Assembly (NCBI GenBank): GCA_964347045.1
Contig: CAYFXC010000025.1
Location: 1-27,743, forward strand
Direction of reading: 5' to 3'
DNA from: an uncultured archaeon
GTDB taxonomy: Archaea > Asgardarchaeota > Hermodarchaeia > Hermodarchaeales > Hermodarchaeaceae
DNA length: 27,743 nt
Made by a program: the position numbers and the translations under genes. Each line of letters opens with the position of its first letter. Positions within the stretch are counted from its first letter, which is position 1. Shown piece after piece: positions 17,591 through 25,453 of the stretch. Below the pieces are notes generated by a model. It made no database searches. It saw nothing but the letters and a program-made list of their open reading frames with translations, and was not told the DNA's origin.

Positions 17591-18622
17591 CTATTTTGAA
17601 GGTGTTTCGTCTTTTAAGAGCATGATGGGAATGGGGAGATTACACGATGGACAACGCCCTTCCCGGGTTAATCGTACAGAAATAGTTTGGACGCCTAATC
17701 GTTCGATAAGAAGAGCCCCACAGTTATCACAAATAGTATTTGCCCCTTGGTGCCCGGGGACATTTCCTAAATAGACGTATTTAAGTCCAGCACGAGACGA
17801 GGCGGCCGCGGCAGCTTCAAGTTTCTGAATAGATGTGGGTGGAAGATTGCTCATTTTGTGATGTGGATAGAACCGTAAAAGGTGCAGTGGAGTATCTTCA
17901 CCTAGCTCTTGCACAATCCATTGAGCAAGGGTTTCTGCATCTTGAGTATCATCACCGACATCGGAAACGAGGAGATTTGTGATTTCAATATGAATTCCAG
18001 CTGCTTTCATGGCTTTAAGCGAATCAAAGATAGGATCAACTGAGGGTACATTACAGAAGTTTTTATAGAATGCTGGATTGGCATTGCCTTTGAAATCAAC
18101 CGTAGCCGCATCGAGGTAAGGGGCAATGGTGTCAATGGCTTCTGTTGTCATGTAGCCGTTAGTGACAAATGTGTTGAAGAGGTTTTTTTCTTGAGCAATC
18201 TTTGCGGTATCATAAGCGTATTCAAAGAATATGGTTGGTTCGGTATATGTGTACGATACTCCGGTGCACCCAGTATTCAGTGCATAGTTGACAATTTTTT
18301 CAGGGGAAATGTTACGACCCACAATATCGCGTTCATGGCTGATTTGCCAGTTTTGACAAAATTGACAGCGAAAATTACATCCAACCGTTGCTATAGACAT
18401 GACGAGCGACCCTGGGCGGTAGTGCCAGAGGGGCTTTTTTTCGATGGGATCAGGATTAGCAGAGCAGGCTTTTCCATAGACTAACGAATTTAGGACCCCT
18501 TTTTCGTTTTTGCGTACTTGGCAGTATCCTAATTTCCCGTCTGTAATGGTGCATCGACGGCTACAAAGAAAACAACCAACCTTATTGTCCTTGAGTTTAT
18601 TGTATAACATTGCTTCGTGCAT
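17591..18622 (-). CDS. amrS: AmmeMemoRadiSam system radical SAM enzyme
   Basis: CFLCSRRC..GYCQVR, DPIEKKPL, GCNFRCQFCQN, SYTYTEP, YVYLGNV. Confidence 0.93.
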   Translation of the reverse strand: MHEAMLYNKLKDNKVGCFLCSRRCTITDGKLGYCQVRKNEKGVLNSLVYGKACSANPDPIEKKPLWHYRPGSLVMSIATVGCNFRCQFCQNWQISHERDIVGRNISPEKIVNYALNTGCTGVSYTYTEPTIFFEYAYDTAKIAQEKNLFNTFVTNGYMTTEAIDTIAPYLDAATVDFKGNANPAFYKNFCNVPSVDPIFDSLKAMKAAGIHIEITNLLVSDVGDDTQDAETLAQWIVQELGEDTPLHLLRFYPHHKMSNLPPTSIQKLEAAAAASSRAGLKYVYLGNVPGHQGANTICDNCGALLIERLGVQTISVRLTREGRCPSCNLPIPIMLLKDETPSK

Positions 18623-18832
18623 TACCTAGGACCTCAGGAGTACTATATTGCAGGGATTAACCTCAGTTTTCTTAGAGGGGTGTTTGAGAAGATACTCGAT
18701 GAAAGCTATAAAAATAATCACGAAACGCCTTCAAAGCTTTTCCCGTCTTTCAGTGAATAGCAGTTTTACTACTAAGGCAAAAGCAGCACTTTAATAAGAT
18801 AGAATAGAGTTCGGTGTTTCGGGTGAACTAGG

Positions 18833-19099
18833 TTGGCAAAGACCTACGAGCTTGGAAAACTAACTATTGAAGATCATGAAAGCCAGACCCTTACCGGTGC
18901 TTTTGGTCTAAAGGAAAATCAATTCGACGATATTGTGAACACGGCACGTGAAGCTTGGAACTTTGAAGATACAGTTTCAGAAAGTGTTGAATTCCTGGTT
19001 AAGAAACTCAAGAATTCTGAATTAGTCCTCAGTTTGTTAATCCTTGGCCGCATCTGGGAAGAAAACAGTATAGAAGATGAAGAAGAAGCAGAGAAGTAG
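18833..19099 (+). CDS. Small acidic hypothetical protein
   Basis: TTG start after GGTGA SD; natural composition; pyrimidine tract after the stop. Confidence 0.7.
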   Translation: MAKTYELGKLTIEDHESQTLTGAFGLKENQFDDIVNTAREAWNFEDTVSESVEFLVKKLKNSELVLSLLILGRIWEENSIEDEEEAEK

Positions 19100-19133
19100 A
19101 TGTCTACTCCTCTTTTTCTCCTTTCTTCACTGA

Positions 19134-19631
19134 ATGAAGGAGGAGAACAAGACGTCGAATGAGGAATCGGGACGTTGTGTAATTTGCTTAAGACCTATTG
19201 ACCGAGTTGTCGAATCACGGACTATCCGGCTTGCAGGTTCAGAGTTTCTAGCACATGGCTTCTGTCTCCTCCGTTTGCGTCAACTGGCTTGTAAATTATA
19301 TGATGCACCCACATCTACACCGACATTGAAGCGAGCATTAACTTTGAATGAGTTCCTTTTATCGAAACGCCCCCGTAATGCTTCAGAGATTTTGTGCTGC
19401 ATGGCATTCTATCTACATCGCAGAGGCGCTAGGACAGCAATTACCGCATCCTTGGTGCAACAGCAGCTGCGTTTATCAGCTTTCAAAATCACTGACATTC
19501 CCTCCGCTCTTCAAGAAGCATCAGAAAAGCGCGGATACCTAAGCAAGCGGGCTGGAAGGGGGCAAGGAGCCTTCGTGCTTACGGACAAAGGGTTACAACT
19601 TGTGAACCGCCTTCCTGCCATGCCTGAGTGA
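19134..19631 (+). CDS. Zn-finger (C-x2-C-x22-H-x2-C) plus winged-helix protein
   Basis: CVIC...HGFC; C-terminal RGYL....FVLTDKGLQLV wing signature. Confidence 0.7.
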   Translation: MKEENKTSNEESGRCVICLRPIDRVVESRTIRLAGSEFLAHGFCLLRLRQLACKLYDAPTSTPTLKRALTLNEFLLSKRPRNASEILCCMAFYLHRRGARTAITASLVQQQLRLSAFKITDIPSALQEASEKRGYLSKRAGRGQGAFVLTDKGLQLVNRLPAMPE

Positions 19632-19634
19632 ACA

Positions 19635-20048
19635 TCACATGTCTTTGCTGCGATCGGTAACATTGACAATAACCCACTCGTTTTCTGTGTTAACAAAGTG
19701 AAAGTAGGTATAGTGCACACCGACACATTGACCCATACTTAGCATCTGCCATTCAACGGTAGCAGATGCGATCAGATTGTCTTTCTGTACGTCAATTTGT
19801 TTGATACGTTTTATGAGACAGGTAACAGAAAAGTCTGGATTCTCTTCTTGTGTCTTTCGAATTCCATGGAGCTGGTTCGCAAGGATGGCTTCTGTAGCAA
19901 ATATGTAGAGCTCGTCGTTTGACCCAAAGCCAAAACGCCGTGCGTCTGGATGCCATACTTTCAGAAAGAGCTTTTCATCTCCTGTTTCTTGGGCTAAATA
20001 AAATAATCGAAGTGTTTCGCGAATTCTTTCTTTTGCCTCCATCGACAT
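19635..20048 (-). CDS. NTF2/SnoaL-like (putative lumazine-binding type) protein
   Basis: IRETL..FY.A..TGD...F.KVWHPDA...WVIVN pattern. Confidence 0.75.
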   Translation of the reverse strand: MSMEAKERIRETLRLFYLAQETGDEKLFLKVWHPDARRFGFGSNDELYIFATEAILANQLHGIRKTQEENPDFSVTCLIKRIKQIDVQKDNLIASATVEWQMLSMGQCVGVHYTYFHFVNTENEWVIVNVTDRSKDM

Positions 20049-20130
20049 ATCGTCACTTCCTCGTCACTGGTTAAATCACATCAGCGTGGCTTGGATGGGA
20101 TAATAATATGTCGAGTAGTTCTTGTAATAA

Positions 20131-20445
20131 AATGAGGGGGGAGAGCCCGCTTTTTGCCCAAAGAGGACTCTCCCAAGATGCCACTTTAGACACCGACGCA
20201 CTGATCCTCAATTTAGAGAAAAGAAAGTAAGAGTGATGTGCACTCCGATTATCCGCGAAACCGGAGTTAATTTGCCACCACTCTTTTAGCAAATCACTGG
20301 TAAGATGCTCTCGACGTCTTTTTCGCAGGCATCCGCGAATATTTAATCAAGTTCTTAAGCCTGCGAGCAACAGCTAGCCTTTATCGAATCCGATAATATT
20401 TCCTCGGATTTTAATGGCGTTGTTCTTTCAGGCTTAAAGAACTCG
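20131..20445 (-). ncRNA. Candidate structured RNA (or structured 3' trailer of the small-ORF transcript)
   Basis: Stems at 20422-20442, 20387-20410, 20323-20366, and three-way junctions at 20232-20298 and 20133-20210; G-U pairs only on the minus strand. Confidence 0.5.
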
Positions 20446-20547
20446 CTCCCGAATATATGATTCAAATATGCGATTCTTGCGGTGATTTTCTTCCTCAAGG
20501 TTAATGTGAGGTTCATTTTGTTTATCTCCCTTAGATTTGTGGGTCAT
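20434..20547 (-). CDS. 37-aa small ORF MTHKSKGDKQNEPHINLEEENHRKNRIFESYIRERVL
   Basis: Strong SD AGGTGAGGT just upstream of the ATG; stop codon lies inside a 7-bp hairpin. Confidence 0.5.
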   Translation of the reverse strand: MTHKSKGDKQNEPHINLEEENHRKNRIFESYIRERVL

Positions 20548-20643
20548 GGTTACCTCACCTCTTGGCGTTGAATCGAAGTTAAGTTTTTGACAGGCTGCAA
20601 GATTGCAGCTGAGCAATCCGATGCTGATTTTATTTACGCTCAG

Positions 20644-20711
20644 TGTCATTTTGATGTCACGTTGTGTCCCCCTTATGTCAAACCGGTATATTAATATTAC
20701 TGTATGTGACA
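20644..20711. promoter_or_regulatory. Helically phased TGTCA direct repeats plus an inverted copy around a TATA-like element
   Basis: TGTCA 20644, TGTCA 20655, TGTCC 20665, TGTCA 20676 (spacing 11/10/11); TATATTAATAT about 20687-20697; TGACA 20707. Confidence 0.6.
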
Positions 20712-20769
20712 ATGTTAAAATAGAAAATAACCTTCGAAAATGAAATAGCTGTAATCGGATTGATGAATT

Positions 20770-21441
20770 ATGGGTGATTATGAAAAAAAAGAGAAGCCAA
20801 AGGATTATGATGATTTTATTACAGCTCGCCCGGAACCTATTCTCTTCTTAACCGAGAAACAGGAGGCGGTAGTAAAAGAACATGGCGATATCATCCGGGC
20901 CATGGTTGGCAAAAATCTCACTGCAAAAGAGGTGCATGCCCTGTATTTTAACCCGAGCAAAGAAACCTATGATAAAACTATCAAGACCGTGTACCGTCAC
21001 CTCGAAGTCCTTGAGAAAGCCGAACTAGTTATGGAGTGTGGACATCGAAAGCCCCATGATAGCCGCCTAACCGAGAAATTGTTCTGCCGTACAGCCAACA
21101 TCTTTGTACTCGACGAAGGCAAACCCAAAGACAAAAGTTGGAAGAAAGATATTAGAAAAAAGATCATTCAACAACTTAGCGTTCTTATCCCTGAACTCGT
21201 TGAAGTTGAACTCAAGGATCCCGTAGCGTTCCAGAAAATAATGGAACAGTATTTTGAACAGCATGACAGTATTATAATGGAATTATGGCGAAAAGTTCCC
21301 AAGAATGAAGCAATTTCTGAAATTTTTCATGAAGCTAATCTCTGGGAAATTAAAACCCTATCAAATTTAGTCTCGACGTTTGGGGTCATGCTTCGCAACC
21401 CAGAACTTTGTGACAATTTTAAAAAAGCCCTCGGTAAATAG
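20770..21441 (+). CDS. ArsR-like winged-helix transcriptional regulator
   Basis: LTAKEV...KTVYRHLEVLEKAELV...EKLFCRTA. Confidence 0.8.
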   Translation: MGDYEKKEKPKDYDDFITARPEPILFLTEKQEAVVKEHGDIIRAMVGKNLTAKEVHALYFNPSKETYDKTIKTVYRHLEVLEKAELVMECGHRKPHDSRLTEKLFCRTANIFVLDEGKPKDKSWKKDIRKKIIQQLSVLIPELVEVELKDPVAFQKIMEQYFEQHDSIIMELWRKVPKNEAISEIFHEANLWEIKTLSNLVSTFGVMLRNPELCDNFKKALGK

Positions 21442-21474
21442 GAATTTCTCTTTTCTTGAACCTACATAAAAAAA

Positions 21475-21488
21475 CCGTCATATGACGG
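21475..21488. promoter_or_regulatory. Palindromic operator copy 1 (CCGTCATATGACGG)
   Basis: Perfect 14-bp palindrome just upstream of TTTATAT TATA-like box. Confidence 0.7.
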
Positions 21489-21537
21489 GTGTATTTATAT
21501 GTAGGCGATAAAAGTTGAAAGAATCGAGGTTGTCATC

Positions 21538-22260
21538 GTGACTTTGTTCGAGTTAGTCTTCAAAGTAATCCATGATTGCCCCTTTGGAAACTTTTCCCGG
21601 AAATTCCCATCTCTGAAGATGTTCTTTTGGTGCAATGGCGATCATGATGTGATTGAAATTGTTTCTGTGAGCAGTAATGATGAAGAACAAGTGATGGAGG
21701 AGCTGACACAGTTATCGGGAATTATTGAACAAACCTTTGAGAAAGGACGAATTCACCTTATTGTGAAGCAATGCGCGTGTAAGTATGAAGGTACAATTTC
21801 TGACCTGATAGACGAGTTTAGTATTTTACATCTTTTACCAGTCATCCATGATGAAGGCTGGGAATACTATCGGACTATTGTATTTCGACATGAGGACATC
21901 GATAATCTCTTCCAACGCTTTGATGAGAAAGGCTACCAATATGAAATAATTCGAAAAGCCCCCTTTGAGGGAGTAATTTCCGGTTCATTGACCCTAACAG
22001 CAGATGCGCTGTTTTCGAGTTTAACTGAGAAACAGCTCGCTGCTTTAGTGATAGCGCATTCAAATGGATATTACAATTTTCCTCGACAGACCAACGTGAA
22101 GAATCTAGCGGCACTGAAACGCATTCCCCGTACAACGTTCCAAGAGCATTTGCAGAAAGCGGAAAGTAAGCTGTTAACGTCGTTGATACCCTTTTTACAA
22201 CTTTACGTGCATTTACCAATGGAAGTTAAACACCGCCTAACCTCCATGGCCATGACATGA
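21538..22260 (+). CDS. Bacterio-opsin-activator-type (HTH_10) transcriptional regulator
   Basis: LTEKQ...L..A...GYY.FPR......LA.......TFQEHLQKAE.KL. Confidence 0.9.
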   Translation: MTLFELVFKVIHDCPFGNFSRKFPSLKMFFWCNGDHDVIEIVSVSSNDEEQVMEELTQLSGIIEQTFEKGRIHLIVKQCACKYEGTISDLIDEFSILHLLPVIHDEGWEYYRTIVFRHEDIDNLFQRFDEKGYQYEIIRKAPFEGVISGSLTLTADALFSSLTEKQLAALVIAHSNGYYNFPRQTNVKNLAALKRIPRTTFQEHLQKAESKLLTSLIPFLQLYVHLPMEVKHRLTSMAMT

Positions 22261-22315
22261 CACTGTTTTAATCTTTATTTCGATAACCAGCCTCCTTTGT
22301 TTTCTTATTGTATTT

Positions 22316-22329
22316 CCGTCGTCTGACGG
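22316..22329. promoter_or_regulatory. Operator copy 2 (CCGTCGTCTGACGG)
   Basis: Same CCGTC-N4-GACGG arms, 50 bp upstream of the next ATG. Confidence 0.65.
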
Positions 22330-22379
22330 TAGAAAGAATATGCTTCACCAAACCATCGCACCATACTGGTGATACACAA

Positions 22380-23180
22380 ATGACAGATTCATTATCCCAA
22401 CAGGTTAAGCAAAGAGCGTTGGATGTGGGATTTGCTGCGGTCGGAATCACACACCCAGTTAATCTCGAGAAGCTACCTCATGGCTGGGTGGGTCAAGTTC
22501 GAAAACTGAGCCGCCCGGATGAAGAATTTTCTCCCGTTAAATCGATAATCGTTTTGGCATTTCATGTATGGGACAGAATCTTCAACCTCAATGTTACTGC
22601 ACCAAGCTCAATATTGACAGGCCCTGAATCACCCTCCGATCCTTTTCGCGGGTATTTTTTGGGATACGAGATAATGAAAAACAAAGCGTGGAAAATCATT
22701 CACTTCTTGCAAAGCAAAGGATTCGAAGCCATCTATTCTGTAGGAATTCCCCTCAAACCCCTCGCAGTACAATGTGGACTTGGCTGGCAAGGAAAAAACA
22801 CCCTGCTTATTACCCCCCAGTATGGTCCTCGGGTAAACCTCATAGCGATACTCACCAGTGCTGAACTCACTCCAGATACTCCATTCCAAAAGAATCTGTG
22901 TGGAGACTGCGAGAAATGTCTGAACGCCTGTCCCGCAAAGGCGTTGTCAGCATATAAATGCCAAATCAATCGATGCATCGTATATTCTCTTGAGTGTCCC
23001 ATAGCCCCTGAAGTCCCAGAGGATGTACGCAGTCTTGACAAACGATTGACCCCCAGGCCAACTCCGCATAGTTACCTTGAGTGTTCAACTTGTATGGATG
23101 TATGTCCTTATGGTAAATCTCCAAAAACTTCGGGTTTGTGGAAAGGTTTGAACTATCTTCTCAAGCCATTAGTTATCTAA
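22380..23180 (+). CDS. Epoxyqueuosine-reductase/reductive-dehalogenase-like Fe-S (probably cobalamin) protein
   Basis: K.LA..CGLGWQGKN.LLI.P.YGP, CGDCEKCLNACP, CSTCMDVCP; ATG 22380 after GGTGAT. Confidence 0.85.
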   Translation: MTDSLSQQVKQRALDVGFAAVGITHPVNLEKLPHGWVGQVRKLSRPDEEFSPVKSIIVLAFHVWDRIFNLNVTAPSSILTGPESPSDPFRGYFLGYEIMKNKAWKIIHFLQSKGFEAIYSVGIPLKPLAVQCGLGWQGKNTLLITPQYGPRVNLIAILTSAELTPDTPFQKNLCGDCEKCLNACPAKALSAYKCQINRCIVYSLECPIAPEVPEDVRSLDKRLTPRPTPHSYLECSTCMDVCPYGKSPKTSGLWKGLNYLLKPLVI

Positions 23181-23210
23181 TATCTCTTGGAATAATATGA
23201 AAAGCGCTGA

Positions 23211-23822
23211 TTACGTTGGACTTTGAATTAGGCTGTGAGTGGGCGCTATGAACCCCTGCTGGTTACGTTGCATGGCAGTACAAAGTTTACTAAAAACTAA
23301 TTGTACGTTTTTCCCTGTTTTGGCTGAACACGATATATAGTCTGAAATGTTATGTCTGGTGCAAAATGCTTGGATGGTTCGCTGAGAAACCGTCGATTCA
23401 AGATCGATTTTATTTCCAACAAGGATGACGGCAAAATTGCCTTGCGAAGTGTTCCAAGATGAGATGAACTCTAACCATTTATTTGCCACTTCAAGTGACT
23501 TAGGTTCCGTCACATCAAAAACCAGAGCTACCCCCGTCGCTCCTTGACAGAAACGAGGCATCAGACATCGAAACCGTTCCTGCCCGCTCAAATCCCAGAT
23601 ACTTAGATTAATGGGTCCCGTTTCCCCGTAACAGATTTTCTGGGCGAAATTAACACCAATTGTTGGTGTGACAGCAGTGAACCCCTCAAAGATTAGACTA
23701 TTGACGAGACTGGTTTTTCCAACATTAGATTTACCGGCAACGAGCACTTTTGCGAGGGAAACTCTTTCAGATATCATAACTGCGTTCATTGCATCATTTG
23801 CAACGACCCTTAAAGCCTCCAC
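23211..23822 (-). CDS. Rab/Ras-like small GTPase (eukaryotic signature protein)
   Basis: G1 GKSNVGKTS, G2 PTIGVNF, G3 WDLSGQERF, G4 GNKID, G5 CSAK; start may be ATG 23789 or 23777. Confidence 0.92.
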   Translation of the reverse strand: MEALRVVANDAMNAVMISERVSLAKVLVAGKSNVGKTSLVNSLIFEGFTAVTPTIGVNFAQKICYGETGPINLSIWDLSGQERFRCLMPRFCQGATGVALVFDVTEPKSLEVANKWLEFISSWNTSQGNFAVILVGNKIDLESTVSQRTIQAFCTRHNISDYISCSAKTGKNVQLVFSKLCTAMQRNQQGFIAPTHSLIQSPT

Positions 23823-23906
23823 AACTATGTGGCTTGTTCTCTTTTGTAATATATCCTTACACTGACAGTAGAACCCCGGATAACAATACGCCCACTCAGA
23901 AGAGAA

Positions 23907-24107
23907 TTAACGCATACGTTGTCCTATGTATTCGATAACCCACTCTTTTCGAGGTTTTTTTAATCTCAAATCCGATTCCAATCCTTCAACACAATGCATG
24001 ATTTTCAACTTAGAAAACAGCCCCAAAACCTCATCCTTTGTGAAGAAATGGTAGTGTAATTTGTATTTAGCAATCCATTCACCACTCAGGAGGAACCCGA
24101 TTGCCAG
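23907..24107 (-). pseudogene. Start-less remnant resembling the C-terminus of a class I SAM methyltransferase
   Basis: Open frame ...HYHFFTKDEVLGLFSKLKIMHCVEGLE...WVIEYIGQR*; upstream in-frame TAA at 24138-24140. Confidence 0.4.
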
Positions 24108-24197
24108 AAAAGATGAAGCTTTTAAGCTAATAGAATCTTATAAACTATAATTTTTCTTCAAAGAATTAATAAAAATGAATTACGAAGTGGTGAACCT

Positions 24198-24693
24198 ATG
24201 GCTGATTTAGTGACAACAATACTGTTAGGCATTGTAAATTGGATTCATCTTTTGGCAACCGTTTTTTGGATTGGAGGAGTTCTCGTGAACCTCTTTGTTG
24301 TCCTACCTTCAACGCAAAAAGCACTGGACCCTTCAACTGCGGGAAAATTCATCGGGATGGTCATGAATCGATTCCGACCCCTAACCATCATTAGTATGAT
24401 TGTGCTGCTGTTTTCGGGTATACCGATGACGATGCTGGATCCTAATTATGTTCCCTTAAACTTCACAAGTCAGTGGGCTATGGTTATCCTAATTAAGCAT
24501 ATTGTCGTTGGGATCCTTGTGGTACTAACACTCTAGTTTTTTTATCCTTGGACCTAAAGTAGAAGAGGTCGCTGTAAAGGGTCCTTCACCAGAGCTTGCT
24601 CGATTGCAGACACGACAATTACGAGTGGTCCAACTCGGTGCACTCCTTGGCATAATAGTGCTTCTCCTAACGGGAATTGGGACAGCATTCTAA
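24198..24693 (+). pseudogene. CopD-like membrane protein disrupted by a frameshift near 24534
   Basis: WIHLLA...WIGG motif; after TAG another frame gives FFILGPK...LGIIVLLLTGIGTAF to TAA 24691-24693. Confidence 0.7.
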
Positions 24694-24696
24694 ATA

Positions 24697-25137
24697 CTAC
24701 AACTGCACAACCTTTGCGGGGAACCAGCCTCGGGGAACGTCGGTGACGTGAATACGCTTTAAAGTGATTTTCACCACAGAGGTTGCGACCATTTCAAAGA
24801 AGGGTTTGTACTCGGGAACCCGCCCCAGAACGAGTGTTCGCCCTTTTAAGTCTTCATCGCCTTTTACTACTTCAGCAGCGCCAGCGAGTTGAACAAACTG
24901 ATTAGGTATCTGATTGTCAATGGCCAATGCCACGTTAGGATTATTTTTCAGTTTTTTCATCCCTTCTCCACGATCTTCCACAATGCAGTAAATATGCATG
25001 CCATCAAGGGCAAAGAACATCGATGTTGCCCAAGGCTTCCCATTACTTTCAGTTGCCAGAGTGCACACCGTGTAATTGTGAATGATTTCTTTCATCGCCA
25101 GAAGAACTGCTTCATCTCTGACATTATTATTTGACAT
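24697..25137 (-). CDS. Pyridoxamine 5'-phosphate oxidase-like FMN-binding protein
   Basis: TLAT...GKPW...F, K.LK.NPNVAL.I, VQL.G.A. Confidence 0.85.
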   Translation of the reverse strand: MSNNNVRDEAVLLAMKEIIHNYTVCTLATESNGKPWATSMFFALDGMHIYCIVEDRGEGMKKLKNNPNVALAIDNQIPNQFVQLAGAAEVVKGDEDLKGRTLVLGRVPEYKPFFEMVATSVVKITLKRIHVTDVPRGWFPAKVVQL

Positions 25138-25316
25138 GAACCTCTACCTTCCTAAATATCTAAAATAAATGTAATGTTGTGGATTATGGTAAAGACAACC
25201 ATCCACTAACCCATCAACAAGATACGCTAATACCGACTTGGAATTTCTAATCTTGCGTAGCTCCTCTATTCACCAATAATTTCATTATCTAAATTTCTCT
25301 AAAAAGTGTAATTAAT

Positions 25317-25361
25317 TGCAAGAAAAAGAAAGTGGTGGTCGTATACCCTCAGGAAAATATC
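25317..25361 (+). repeat. Direct repeat copy 1
   Basis: TGCAAGAAAAAGAAAGTGGTGGTCGTATACCCTCAGGAAAATATC. Confidence 0.75.
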
Positions 25362-25453
25362 ATTCCAGAACCACTTTACCGAAATCTATTATTTCCAAAA
25401 CCGCTTAGATGAAAGCTAAATCCTTGATTCCAACCTAATCAGTATAAGAAAAA

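Noticed and set aside
20071-20292. 73-aa minus ORF
   Set aside because: No recognisable motif or SD; it overlaps the hairpin-dense region
20131-20445. RNase P RNA, SRP RNA or tmRNA identity for the structured region
   Set aside because: Only short look-alikes (GAGGAAA, AAGCGGGCU, GGAUUCGA); no P4 pairing, no SRP helix-8 motif and no tRNA-like ends
20434-20712. 92-aa ORF from the track
   Set aside because: The N-terminal part runs through the promoter repeats; the SD supports the start at 20547
24534-24557. Pyrrolysine or amber readthrough
   Set aside because: In-frame readthrough hits TAA after six codons; the missing C-terminus is in another frame
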